Shown here piece after piece: positions 40,972 through 51,077 of a DNA stretch of 64,000 nt. The translations under genes and the position numbers were made by a program. The number at the start of each line of letters is the position of its first letter. Within the stretch, counting starts at the first letter, position 1. The notes below the pieces were generated by a model. That model saw only the letters and a list, made by a program, of their open reading frames with translations. It had not been told where the DNA came from and did not search any database. The DNA comes from Candidatus Latescibacterota bacterium (lineage in GTDB: Bacteria > Latescibacterota > UBA2968 > GCA-2709665). The stretch lies in the NCBI GenBank assembly GCA_965203805.1, contig OZ241917.1, positions 1,152,001-1,216,000 on the forward strand, in the 5' to 3' direction.

Positions 40972-42081
40972 ATGGTGAAGCCCATTCGCATTCTGCACAT
41001 CGGCCTGGGGCCGCTCGGACAGATGCTGGGACCGTACCTGGCGGAGAAGGATCACCTGAAACTGGTCGGCGCCATCGACATCGATCCGGAAAAGGCCGGC
41101 CGCGACCTGGGAACCCTGTATGGCCTCGAGCGGCCGCTGGACGTCGCTGTGGCGTCAGAACCGGACGCACGGACGATGAACGGTCCGGACGTCGCCGTCG
41201 TCACGACGGTGTCCGAACTTCGCTCGCTGTTCCCCACGCTTGAACGGATGATTTACGCTGGCCTGAACGTCGTCTCCACATGCGAGGAACTGGCGTATCC
41301 CTGGATTGCGGAACCGGAACTCGCACGTCGTATCGACGATATTGCGAAGGCCAACCGTGTATCCGTACTGGGCACCGGTGTGAACCCGGGGTTCCTGATG
41401 GACTTTCTGCCGACCGCGGCCACAGCCGTCTGCCGGAACGTGAAATCCATCCGGATCGAACGCATCCAGGATGCCTCCCAACGGCGTCTGCCCTTCCGCC
41501 GGAAGATCGGCGCCGGACTCTCCGTACACGCGTTTGAGAAACGGGTCCACAAACGTCAGATCCGCCACGTGGGTCTGGCGCAATCCATGCATATGGTCGC
41601 ATCCGGACTCGGCTGGCGGCTGGACAGGACCGAGGATATCGTGGAACCGGTGATCGCGCGAACGGAGGTGCGCGGGAAGGACTGGTCCGTTCCGGCCGGA
41701 AGGGCCACGGGCGTCAACCAGACGGGCAGGGGATACGTGGACAACCGGGAGGTGCTCACGCTCGTTTTTCGCGCAGCCGTGGGCGAAACGCGCCCCAGAG
41801 ACCGCATCCGCGTCTTCGGTATTCCGGAAATCGATCTCACCGTCGCCGGCGGCATCAACGGAGACGTCGCCACCTGTTCCATCGTCGCCAATGCGATTCC
41901 GGCTGTCCACCGTGCGCCGCCCGGCCTGCGCACCATGGTCGACATCCCCCCCATATCGGCAGTCCAGCGTGGTGCCCCCACGGGAGGATTCCCGCATCCC
42001 GCACAGCCCGATACTCCGCCTGACTCCCACCTCGACGCCGCCCCGCACGCGCCCCCCGGGCGTACGCCGGAATCCACATAA
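40972..42081 (+). CDS. 2,4-diaminopentanoate dehydrogenase / DapB-like oxidoreductase
   Basis: GLGPLG, NVVSTCEELAYP, LGTGVNPGFLMD, KIGAGL, GD.AT. Confidence 0.85.
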   Translation: MVKPIRILHIGLGPLGQMLGPYLAEKDHLKLVGAIDIDPEKAGRDLGTLYGLERPLDVAVASEPDARTMNGPDVAVVTTVSELRSLFPTLERMIYAGLNVVSTCEELAYPWIAEPELARRIDDIAKANRVSVLGTGVNPGFLMDFLPTAATAVCRNVKSIRIERIQDASQRRLPFRRKIGAGLSVHAFEKRVHKRQIRHVGLAQSMHMVASGLGWRLDRTEDIVEPVIARTEVRGKDWSVPAGRATGVNQTGRGYVDNREVLTLVFRAAVGETRPRDRIRVFGIPEIDLTVAGGINGDVATCSIVANAIPAVHRAPPGLRTMVDIPPISAVQRGAPTGGFPHPAQPDTPPDSHLDAAPHAPPGRTPEST

Positions 42082-42259
42082 CTGTTGCAAAATATACACA
42101 TCTGTGTTATTCTTTCACAGGCCCAGGCGATGCGCCGGATCTGGTTCCGGGCGCAAACACCTGTTTTTGCGTCCAATTCGTGATCAACGAGATACGGTCA
42201 TCCTGGTACGGTTTTTGCGCACTCCGATTAACCTCCTTGCACGTGGTCGGCGGAAACCC

Positions 42260-43636
42260 GTGGAGGTTAGCGCCCTGCCTCAAAGCGTTCTCACCATTCG
42301 GCCGAATCCCGGCACAGTGTTCAGGCCACCGAACACCGGCGCGCTGTGGCGCACAATTGTCCTGCTTTCCCTGCTCTTTGCCTGGACGGACGCCTCGCGG
42401 TTGTGCGCTCAGGATGCCACCGGATACGTGGTGGAACGCATCGAGGTTCGCGGCAATCGCAAGACAAAAGCCGATATCATCCTTCGTTCCCTGCCAATCC
42501 ACGCGGGTGATCGGCTCACGCCCGGCCGACTGGATGCCAGCCGCGAATCACTCTACCGCACGCGCCTTTTCCGAACGGTGCACGTCGCGCCAAAACCCGG
42601 CACCGAACAGGGCAAGGCCGTGCTGGTGGTCTACGTCGACGAAAAACGGTTCGGCGACGCCGGTGTCAGCTTCGAATACACCGAACTGGACGGGTTCGGG
42701 CTTGCCGCCGACGCCTATCATGTCAACCTCGGCGGCGAGGGCAAGACCGTGGGCGTCGAGTATTCGCAGGGTGAGCGACTGCAGCGCTTCGGCTTCAGCT
42801 ATGCCGACCCCTGGCTGACCAGCGGATATATCTCCCTTCATGTGAAAGCCCACTTTTCGCGGGCCGACCGGGACATGTACCGCAGTTCCGATCCGCTGAA
42901 GCGCGGCCTGTACGACGTGGACAGACTCGGCGGCGCCATTGGCGTTGGAAGGCCCGTCGGCGAGGAATACCGTCTGGTCGCCCGTTACGCCTTCGACGAG
43001 ATCCGCGTCAACGACTTTGAAGCGCCGGAAGTCTTCATTTCAGGGCCGGAGTTCACCCGGGAGATCAGCGCGGCCCTGGGCCGCACGCCGATATCCACCT
43101 TCGGCATCGAGCTCTACCGGCAGCCCGCCTCGAGATTCTGGGGCAGCACCCCGGGATTCGATTTTAACTTCCGAATGGACTTCGCGCCCGGCGCCCTGGG
43201 AAACAACCCGAGCTACCTCCGAACCCGAATGGAGGCCTACCGCCATTTCGCAACCCTGCCCGGCCAGAGCCTGAGCATCGGGGGACGCGCGGGTCACATT
43301 TTCGGTACACCCCCGTTTTTTGACCGGTTCTACTTTGACGGTCAGAATCAGCTCCGGGGGTTCGAACGGCGCGCGATCGGCCCCGAGGGCGGTACGGAGT
43401 TTGTCTCGATAGAAGGCGTGTATGCAATTGCAACCCGGCCCATCGGCAGGATCTACTGCTTTACCGAGTGGGCCGCGATTCGCAGACCGGTCGGGAACGG
43501 CCACGTCAGGGACTCGAACGGCACCTATGGTATCGGCGCATTGCTGTTTAACCGGATCGACATCAGCTACGGCTTGAAAAGGGGCACGCTCATCGTGAAA
43601 TTCCACCGGTTCGGCGGGATCAACATGGGTCTGTAA
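42260..43636 (+). CDS. BamA/TamA (Omp85) family outer-membrane protein with POTRA domain
   Basis: IEVRGNRKTK (POTRA), LRGF...IGP, beta-strand-rich C-terminus. Start uncertain. Confidence 0.8.
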   Translation: MEVSALPQSVLTIRPNPGTVFRPPNTGALWRTIVLLSLLFAWTDASRLCAQDATGYVVERIEVRGNRKTKADIILRSLPIHAGDRLTPGRLDASRESLYRTRLFRTVHVAPKPGTEQGKAVLVVYVDEKRFGDAGVSFEYTELDGFGLAADAYHVNLGGEGKTVGVEYSQGERLQRFGFSYADPWLTSGYISLHVKAHFSRADRDMYRSSDPLKRGLYDVDRLGGAIGVGRPVGEEYRLVARYAFDEIRVNDFEAPEVFISGPEFTREISAALGRTPISTFGIELYRQPASRFWGSTPGFDFNFRMDFAPGALGNNPSYLRTRMEAYRHFATLPGQSLSIGGRAGHIFGTPPFFDRFYFDGQNQLRGFERRAIGPEGGTEFVSIEGVYAIATRPIGRIYCFTEWAAIRRPVGNGHVRDSNGTYGIGALLFNRIDISYGLKRGTLIVKFHRFGGINMGL

Positions 43637-43697
43637 GCCGGAGCGACCGGCACCCGGTTACCCGCCCATACGGAACGAAACAAACCAAGCTCCCGAA

Positions 43698-44324
43698 ATG
43701 CATACCTATCGAGGCAAAGCAGAGGCGTCCACGCGAATTGTCGGCATTTGCGCTTGCCTCTTTTTTTTTGCGGCATTCCCCGTACGTTCCGGCGCCCGGG
43801 ACGTCACCGTAGCGGCGCGGACGGTCTACGTGCAGGCGGACACGCTGAAACTGAATATCGAGTTGGACTCTCTTTTTTCGCGTCGCGCGCTGGATGCCAT
43901 CGCGTCCGGCCTGATCACGTCGGTGGTCATGGAATTCAGGCTGGATTCGGATCTGCACTCGAAAGCACTGGAATACGCGGTAGGGATGCGTCTGGACCAC
44001 GACATCTGGGAGGGAAGGTACCGGGTGGTGCGCGACACCGGCCGTCTGGACACCCTGCGGACGACCCATTTCGATACCGTCAAGACGTTCTGCTCGGTCC
44101 TCCGGGGCATCTCGATCGGGCCGCTTCCCAACGGACGTGATTTCAGGCTGCGCCTTCGCGTTGGCGTCACCCCCATTTCGGTGGAACAGGAGCAGCGCTC
44201 ACGCCGCTGGCTCAATGTCCTGCAGAGAGGAAGCCTGTTGGAGCTTTTCATTTCACTGGACCGGCCCACGAAACGCACCCCGTGGATCGATGTAAGCCAA
44301 TTCTCGCCGGAGGATCTGCAATGA
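43698..44324 (+). CDS. DUF4390-like periplasmic protein
   Basis: Signal peptide, AIASGL, L.HDIWE.RY.V; directly upstream of an NtrY-like kinase, a known synteny. Confidence 0.65.
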   Translation: MHTYRGKAEASTRIVGICACLFFFAAFPVRSGARDVTVAARTVYVQADTLKLNIELDSLFSRRALDAIASGLITSVVMEFRLDSDLHSKALEYAVGMRLDHDIWEGRYRVVRDTGRLDTLRTTHFDTVKTFCSVLRGISIGPLPNGRDFRLRLRVGVTPISVEQEQRSRRWLNVLQRGSLLELFISLDRPTKRTPWIDVSQFSPEDLQ

Positions 44325-45817
44325 GATCCCTACCCCTGCGCTGGCGCATCGTCATCGCCCTCATCGCCCTCACGCTGGGCACCACGCTGGCACTGTCCCT
44401 GCTTGCCCAACATTTCCTGGAATCAGGCCTGCGGTTGCAGGACAACATCAGCGCAGGCACCAGCCGGGCATTGAACGACGCGGTCGAACTGGCAAGGAGC
44501 CACTACGAGAGCCGCAAGGCGACCCTCGGCGATGCGGGGACCCGCCTCTTCCGGTCTCCGATGCCGTCGGAAGCCGTCCGCACGCGAGACCTGCGGCCGA
44601 TCCGTGCCTTCCTGGACAGTCACGATCTGGTTGACACCCGTCTTCGGTTCGCGGATGCCGCGGAAGTCGCGTCGCTCAACCTGCGGGGGAACGCATTCGG
44701 ACCGGCCGTGCGCAGGGCCGGTGAGCGCGACGCGTCGCTGGAACTGTACGTGCCCGCCGGGCGGGTTGGACCGGCCGAAGCGGCCCTCGTCATCACCAGC
44801 CCGATGGTCGAACTCAACAACGTTGAGCAGGCGGTCCAGGCCCATCAGTACCTGCGCATGATCGGAAGCGACCTCCGGGGCGAGTTCTTCTTCTATTTCG
44901 CGCTGGCAACCGTCGGACTTCTCGTGCTGGCCTGCCTCCTGGGCGTTCGAATCGGCTTCGGCGCGACCCGTCCGCTGCACGAACTCGTCAAGGGCACCCG
45001 CGAACTGGCGCAGGACAACCTGGACTACCGTATTCCTCCGGGCCGGGACGATGAGATCGGACTGCTGATCGGTTCCTTCAACCGGATGGCGGAGGACCTG
45101 ACGCAGAACCGGCGGCAGCGCCTCGAGGCGGAAAAGATCGCGGCCTGGCGCGAAATCGCCCGGCGCCTTGCCCACGAAATCAAGAATCCGTTGACACCGA
45201 TACAGCTCACGGTCCAGCAGATCCGCGACAAATACCCGGGCGAAGACCCCGCCTACCGGAAGCTTGTCCAGGACTGCACCGAAATCGTCACGGAAGAGGT
45301 GGAAAGCCTCAGAAAACTGGTTCAGGAATTCGCCGACTTCGCTCGCATGCCGTCCCTTTCGCTCGGGAGGCACAGCCTGAACGGCGTGGTTACCGATATC
45401 GTGCGGCTCTATCCTGAAGCCGGAATCGTCCTCGAACTCACGCCGGAGATTCCGGATCTGGATCTGGACAGCGAACAGATGCGCCGCGTGCTGATCAACC
45501 TGATCGAAAACGGCCTGGAAGCCGCCGGACAGCGGGGCCGGATCGTCATTCAGACCGAATGTCATCCGAACGCGGTCAAGCTCCTGGTGTTGGATTCGGG
45601 TCCAGGCGTACCCGAACTGGACCGGGAGCGAATCTTCCAGCCGCATGTGTCTTCCAAACAGAGCGGCATGGGCATGGGACTGGCCGAAGTCCGCAGCATC
45701 GTCGAGAGCCACGGCGGCCAGATCGTCGCGGCGGGCGCGCCGGGAGGAGGTGCGCAGTTTGAGGTTACCCTGCCCGTTCCGAAGGAACGGTCCAGACAGC
45801 CGGAGGAGAGGATATGA
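44321..45817 (+). CDS. ntrY: NtrY-like HAMP sensor histidine kinase
   Basis: DEIG.L..SFN.M, AWREIARRLAHEIKNPLTPIQL, N/G boxes. Confidence 0.88.
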   Translation: MRSLPLRWRIVIALIALTLGTTLALSLLAQHFLESGLRLQDNISAGTSRALNDAVELARSHYESRKATLGDAGTRLFRSPMPSEAVRTRDLRPIRAFLDSHDLVDTRLRFADAAEVASLNLRGNAFGPAVRRAGERDASLELYVPAGRVGPAEAALVITSPMVELNNVEQAVQAHQYLRMIGSDLRGEFFFYFALATVGLLVLACLLGVRIGFGATRPLHELVKGTRELAQDNLDYRIPPGRDDEIGLLIGSFNRMAEDLTQNRRQRLEAEKIAAWREIARRLAHEIKNPLTPIQLTVQQIRDKYPGEDPAYRKLVQDCTEIVTEEVESLRKLVQEFADFARMPSLSLGRHSLNGVVTDIVRLYPEAGIVLELTPEIPDLDLDSEQMRRVLINLIENGLEAAGQRGRIVIQTECHPNAVKLLVLDSGPGVPELDRERIFQPHVSSKQSGMGMGLAEVRSIVESHGGQIVAAGAPGGGAQFEVTLPVPKERSRQPEERI

Positions 45818-47196
45818 CAGAACCAACCATTCTGGTGGTGGACGACGAACGCAATATTCGTCGAACCCTGGAGATGATCCTGTCTGCGGAAGGATACCGG
45901 GTGGTCTGCGCTGCTTCGGGCCAGGAAGCCCTGGCCGCGATGAAATCCGAATCGCCGCAGGTGGTCCTGCTGGATATCGTCCTGCCGGGATCGAACGGGA
46001 TTGAAATCCTGAAAACCGCCCGGCATAGCTACCCCGACCTGGCCGTCATCATGATTTCCGGCCACGGAACCGTCCACGACGCCGTCGTGGCGACGAAGCT
46101 GGGCGCCTACGATTTCCTGGAAAAGCCGCTGTCACGTGAGAAGGTGCTGCTGACCATCTCCCACGCACTCGAGAGTATCGAGCTGAGCGAAGAGAATCGC
46201 AATCTGCGCCGAAAATTCGAAACGCGATTCGAGATGGTGGGCGAAAGCCAGGCCATCGCGTCCGTTCGCGAACAGATCGCGAAGGTCGCCCCAACGAACG
46301 GCCGCGTCCTGATCCTGGGCGAGAGCGGCACCGGCAAAGAACTGGTCGCCCGGGACATCCACCGGAACAGCCGGCGATCCACGGGACCGTTCGTGAAAGT
46401 CAATTGTGCCGCGATACCGGAAGAACTCATCGAAAGCGAGCTGTTCGGCAGCGACCGCGGCGCGTTTACAGGCTCGGTGAAGACCCGCGACGGCAAGTTC
46501 CTGCTTGCGGACGGCGGAACGCTCTTCCTGGACGAAATCGGCGATATGAGCTTGAGCGTCCAGGCCAAGGTCCTGCGGGCGCTCGAGCAGGGTGAATTCG
46601 AGCGCGTTGGCGGGTCCAGGACTCTGAAAGTGGATGTGCGCGTGATTGCCGCAACCAACAAGAACCTTCAACAGCAGGTCGAGAACGGGGCATTCCGGGA
46701 AGACCTCTACTTCAGGCTCAACGTCGTGCCCATCACGGCCCCGCCATTGAGGGACCGCAAGGAGGACATACCCCTGCTCTCGGCGCATTTTCTCAAGGGA
46801 TATGCCGACGAAAACGACTTCCGCCCCAAGAAACTCAGCCCCGGAGCAATGGAGGCCCTGAAGAACCACGGATGGCCGGGCAACATCAGGGAACTGAAGA
46901 ACCTGATAGAACGCCTTTCCATTATGGTCGCCGAAGATACGGTCGACGACCATCATCTGCCAGGCCTGGACGGTCCGCAACTCGGCCGCGGCGCCGAGAC
47001 TCCGGCGGCCGCCGGCTCACTACCCGGCATCGAGTCCGGGAAGAGCCTGCATGAAGTCCGTGAAGCCGTGGAAAAGGCCTACATTTCCAATGCATTGAAA
47101 GGAAACGGCTGGAACGTTACGAGGGCCGCCAGGTTGCTGGGCGTCGATCGCACCAACCTCCACAAGAAAATCAAGTACTACAATATCGAGCGCTGA
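45814..47196 (+). CDS. ntrX: NtrX-like sigma54-family response regulator
   Basis: REC domain (MISGHG, GAYDFLEKP), AAA+ (GESGTGKE, GAFTGS) and HTH; ATGA overlap with the kinase. Confidence 0.88.
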   Translation: MTEPTILVVDDERNIRRTLEMILSAEGYRVVCAASGQEALAAMKSESPQVVLLDIVLPGSNGIEILKTARHSYPDLAVIMISGHGTVHDAVVATKLGAYDFLEKPLSREKVLLTISHALESIELSEENRNLRRKFETRFEMVGESQAIASVREQIAKVAPTNGRVLILGESGTGKELVARDIHRNSRRSTGPFVKVNCAAIPEELIESELFGSDRGAFTGSVKTRDGKFLLADGGTLFLDEIGDMSLSVQAKVLRALEQGEFERVGGSRTLKVDVRVIAATNKNLQQQVENGAFREDLYFRLNVVPITAPPLRDRKEDIPLLSAHFLKGYADENDFRPKKLSPGAMEALKNHGWPGNIRELKNLIERLSIMVAEDTVDDHHLPGLDGPQLGRGAETPAAAGSLPGIESGKSLHEVREAVEKAYISNALKGNGWNVTRAARLLGVDRTNLHKKIKYYNIER

Positions 47197-47268
47197 CAGG
47201 GCGGGAGACGGCCGCGTTTCCGCACGCGCGGACGCCGCGGTCCGGCGGCCCCCGCCCGGAGGCAACCA

Positions 47269-48405
47269 TTGAAAACGGCGTTCCTCATCCTCCTCCCGAT
47301 ACTTGCCTGGGTCCAGGATGCTCACGCGCAGCCGGACGACGTTTCGCTGATCGAGAAGCTCTACCGGGGCGCACGGCTCCGATACAATCGTGTCGAAGGC
47401 GCCTACCTGGGGTATCGCCTGTCCATCCGCCATAGAGATCGGCCGCGTCTAACGGTTTTTGCAGAAAGTGGATACGGCACTTCCAGCGGCTCGGTCCGGT
47501 GGGAAGCGGGTGTGGACTACCAGGGCCCGGAAACCAGCCTGAACGTCGCTGTTTTCGACAGATCCGACACGCCAGACCGGGGCATTGTCGGCACCACCGA
47601 AAACAGCCTGCTCAGTCTCCTCTTCAAATGGGACCATCGCGACTATTTCCGGGCGAAGAACGGATTTGAAGCGAACGTCACCCTCAGGCCGAAACGAAGG
47701 CTCTCCTTCGTCGGGGGCCTGACCGCGTACCGCTGCGAGCCCCTGCCGGTCAGGACCGCATGGAGCCTGTTCTTTCACGATCGCCCGTTTCGATTCAACC
47801 CGCCTGCCCGGCGCGGCGACGTCGGCATGTTGTACGCCGGCGTTGTGGTCGACACGCGCGTCAGGAGCCCGCTCTTCCGTAATGCCTGGCACGGACGAAT
47901 ACACGTTGAGCGCGGCTTTCGGGACTACGCTTTCCACGGGCTCACCCTGGAGGGCAAGCGCTACCAGAAGGTAAAGTTCGGCCGTCAGGGCCTGATTGTG
48001 CGGGCCCGGCTCAGCACCCGCGAGAGCACGGCGCCGCAGTTTCTTTTCCGTCTGGGCGGCGTCGGCACCCTGCGCGGGTACGACATCAAGGAATTCTCCG
48101 CCAACCGGCTGGTCCTGTTCAACCTCGAATACGCCTTTCGCGGCGACGTCCTTCCGAAAATTCCCGTCAGGGGATTCCGTCTTCTCAACCTCACCGTTTT
48201 CGCAGACGCCGGATGGTCCGCGGTCGTGCCGGAATCCGCCCGCCTGATCGAAGGATTCGGAGACCTGGACTTCGCCTCCTTCAGAACGAGCACCGGCTTC
48301 GGCATTGCGCTTCCGCGCCAGCTCCTCAGGCTGAACGTGGCCCGCCGGCTGGACAGGTCCGATGCCGCCTGGGCCCTGTCCCTCAGGCTCCGGTTCAGTC
48401 TCTGA
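47269..48405 (+). CDS. Outer-membrane beta-barrel protein (Omp85-like barrel, no POTRA)
   Basis: Signal peptide, RYNRVEG, LGG.GTLRGY..KEF, F.DAG, C-terminal amphipathic strand. Confidence 0.75.
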   Translation: MKTAFLILLPILAWVQDAHAQPDDVSLIEKLYRGARLRYNRVEGAYLGYRLSIRHRDRPRLTVFAESGYGTSSGSVRWEAGVDYQGPETSLNVAVFDRSDTPDRGIVGTTENSLLSLLFKWDHRDYFRAKNGFEANVTLRPKRRLSFVGGLTAYRCEPLPVRTAWSLFFHDRPFRFNPPARRGDVGMLYAGVVVDTRVRSPLFRNAWHGRIHVERGFRDYAFHGLTLEGKRYQKVKFGRQGLIVRARLSTRESTAPQFLFRLGGVGTLRGYDIKEFSANRLVLFNLEYAFRGDVLPKIPVRGFRLLNLTVFADAGWSAVVPESARLIEGFGDLDFASFRTSTGFGIALPRQLLRLNVARRLDRSDAAWALSLRLRFSL

Positions 48406-48437
48406 CTCTGCCCCCCGTCCGTCCTCAAGAAAAACAG

Positions 48438-48470
48438 AAAGGCCCCGGAATCTCTCTCTCCAGGGCCTTT
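48438..48470. terminator. Probable bidirectional terminator
   Basis: AAAGGCCC..GGGCCTTT hairpin between convergent genes. Confidence 0.6.
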
Positions 48471-48569
48471 ATATTTGCATGCCAGCGACCGCATTTCAGC
48501 GGTCTGGCGACGTCCACACGCTGCCGGCGCATGTGAAATCCCAGGGCTCGCGCCGGTTGATCGTCCGGA

Positions 48570-49844
48570 TTATGTACCCTCCTGCCAGGAACTGAGATAC
48601 CGCTCCTGGTCTGAGGTCAGCGAATCGATCTCTACGTCCATCGCCTCCAGCTGCAGCCGCGCGACCTCCCTGTCGATCTCGTCGGGCAGCCGGTACACCC
48701 TTGGCTCCAGCCTATCGGCGTTCCTGATGCCGTATTCCACCCCGAGCGCCTGATCGCAGAAAGACAGCGACATCACGGTGGACGGGTGCCCCTCCGCGCA
48801 CGCCAGGTTCACGAGACGACCCTCGCCACAGAGGAACAGCGACCGCCCGTTCAGGTGATATTCGTGAAACAGAGGGCGCACTTCCTCCTTCTTTTCCGCC
48901 ATCGTTTCCAGCCCGTCGACGTCAATCTCCAGGTCGAAATGGCCGGCGTTGGCCACCACCGCGCCGTCCTTCATGGCCTTCATATGTTCCCTGCTCAAGA
49001 CGTGCTTGTTTCCGGTTACCGTGACGAACAGGTCGCCAATCCCGGCAGCGTGCGCCATCGGCATCACCCGGAACCCGTCCATCCGAGCCTGCAGCGCCCG
49101 GAAGGGGTCCACTTCCGTGACAATGACCTCGGCTCCCAGCCCCCTCGCCCTCGAAGCCACGCCCTTTCCGCAACTTCCATAGCCGACGACGACGACCGCC
49201 TTGCCGCTGATCAGCAGATTGGACGCTCGCACGACACCGTCCAGCGCGGACTGCCCCGTGCCGTAGAAATTGTCCATCAGGTGTTTGGTGTCGCAATCGT
49301 TGACGGCAATGATGGGATACTTCAATGCGTTGTCCTTCTCCATCGCTCGCAGCCGGATGATGCCCGTTGTGGTCTCTTCGCAGCCGCATACGATTTCCGG
49401 AATCAGATCCGGGTATTTCGTGTGCACCTCGTTGACCAGGTCGCAGCCGTCGTCGATGGTCACGTGGGGCCGGGTCTCGATAACCGCGCGGAGGTACCGG
49501 TAGTAGTCCTCCCGCGATTCGCCCTTGTAGGCATAGACCGCAACGTCTTCGGCAGCGAGGGCCGCCGCCACGTCGTCCTGTGTGGAAAGCGGATTGCAGC
49601 CGGTGATCGACACGGTGGCGCCGCCGGCCCGCAACGTCCGCACGAGCACGGCCGTCTCTTTGGTGACATGGAGCGCCATGCCGATCCGGTATCCGCTGAG
49701 CGGTTTTTCGCGTTCGAAGCGTTCCCGTATCTTCAACAGCGCGCCCATCTGCTTCTCGGCCCATTCGATGTTTCTGAACCCCTGTTCCGCCAGACCGATG
49801 TCCTTGACCTCGTATCCCACGCCTTTCTCCTCTCGATCCTCCAA
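48570..49844 (-). CDS. ahcY: Adenosylhomocysteinase
   Basis: CNPLSTQD, EETTTG, DN.YGTGQS, GRLVNL..A.GHP. Confidence 0.97.
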   Translation of the reverse strand: MEDREEKGVGYEVKDIGLAEQGFRNIEWAEKQMGALLKIRERFEREKPLSGYRIGMALHVTKETAVLVRTLRAGGATVSITGCNPLSTQDDVAAALAAEDVAVYAYKGESREDYYRYLRAVIETRPHVTIDDGCDLVNEVHTKYPDLIPEIVCGCEETTTGIIRLRAMEKDNALKYPIIAVNDCDTKHLMDNFYGTGQSALDGVVRASNLLISGKAVVVVGYGSCGKGVASRARGLGAEVIVTEVDPFRALQARMDGFRVMPMAHAAGIGDLFVTVTGNKHVLSREHMKAMKDGAVVANAGHFDLEIDVDGLETMAEKKEEVRPLFHEYHLNGRSLFLCGEGRLVNLACAEGHPSTVMSLSFCDQALGVEYGIRNADRLEPRVYRLPDEIDREVARLQLEAMDVEIDSLTSDQERYLSSWQEGT

Positions 49845-49847
49845 TGG

Positions 49848-51014
49848 CTACGCCAGCTTCCGCGCGGCCGCCTCAAGGGCTTCCGCCTTGTCCGTACGTT
49901 CCCAGGTAAACCCTTCGTCTTCCCGGCCGAAATGTCCGTAGGCGGCAGTGCGTTTATACACCGGACGCAGCAAATTGAGAGACCGGATGATTCCGGCCGG
50001 CCGCAATTCGAAATGCGAACGGATCAGCGTCGAAATATCGGCTTCGCCGATCGTACCCGTACCGAACGTATCCACCACAATGGACACCGGCTCCGCCACT
50101 CCGATGGCGTAGGCCAGCTGCACCTCGCACCGGCTGGCAAGGCCGGCCTTCACCACGTTCTTTGCGACGTAACGCGCGGCATAGTGCGCGCTCCGGTCGA
50201 CCTTGCTGGGATCCTTTCCGGAGAATGCCCCGCCGCCGTGCCGTCCCACGCCGCCGTACGTATCCACGATGATCTTCCGGCCGGTCAACCCCGTGTCTCC
50301 GTGGGGTCCGCCAACCACAAATCGCCCGGTGGGGTTGATGTGATAGACCGTGTCGCCGTCCAGGTAACGCGCGGGGATGACCTCTTTGACGACATGTTCG
50401 ATCATATCGCGGCGGATTTGGCTGTGGCACACGTTCGGGTCGTGCTGGGTGGAGATCACCACCGTGTGCACGCGTACGGGCGTGTCGTCCTCGTATTCCA
50501 CGGTGACCTGCGACTTGCTGTCGGGTCGCAGATAGGGAAGCGTTCCGCTGTGGCGGAGCTCAGCCAGGGCCATCACCAGCTTATGGGACAGCATAATGGG
50601 CATCGGCATCAACTCGGGCGTCTCCCGGCAGGCGTACCCGAACATCATGCCCTGGTCGCCCGCGCCCTGCTCCTCATGCAGGCCCTCGCCCTCCGTCACG
50701 CCCTGCGAGATGTCGGGCGACTGCGTATGCAGCGCGAGCAGCACGCCGCAGGAGTGGTGGTCGAATCCGTACGCCGAGTCCGTATATCCGATGCATCGAA
50801 TGACGTCTCGCACAAGTTCCTGGATATCCACCCGGGCTTCTGTGGTCACCTCGCCCGATACGATCACCTGCCCCGTGGTCACCATGGTCTCGCACGCGAC
50901 GCGCGACCGGGGGTCCTCTTCCAGCATTGCGTCCAGGACCGCATCTGAAATCTGATCGCAGATTTTGTCCGGGTGACCCTCGGAGACCGACTCTGAGGTA
51001 AATAAGCGCCGCAT
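49848..51014 (-). CDS. metK: S-adenosylmethionine synthetase
   Basis: [28 protein letters not shown]. Confidence 0.98.
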   Translation of the reverse strand: MRRLFTSESVSEGHPDKICDQISDAVLDAMLEEDPRSRVACETMVTTGQVIVSGEVTTEARVDIQELVRDVIRCIGYTDSAYGFDHHSCGVLLALHTQSPDISQGVTEGEGLHEEQGAGDQGMMFGYACRETPELMPMPIMLSHKLVMALAELRHSGTLPYLRPDSKSQVTVEYEDDTPVRVHTVVISTQHDPNVCHSQIRRDMIEHVVKEVIPARYLDGDTVYHINPTGRFVVGGPHGDTGLTGRKIIVDTYGGVGRHGGGAFSGKDPSKVDRSAHYAARYVAKNVVKAGLASRCEVQLAYAIGVAEPVSIVVDTFGTGTIGEADISTLIRSHFELRPAGIIRSLNLLRPVYKRTAAYGHFGREDEGFTWERTDKAEALEAAARKLA

Positions 51015-51077
51015 GAATGCCTCTTTTCCTGTCACAGGAATCCCGACAATGCCCGCGACCGCGGTTGTGCGCCCGCT

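Noticed and set aside
51015-51077. SAM riboswitch before metK
   Set aside because: The gap is only about 63 bp, and no SAM-I/II consensus was recognised.
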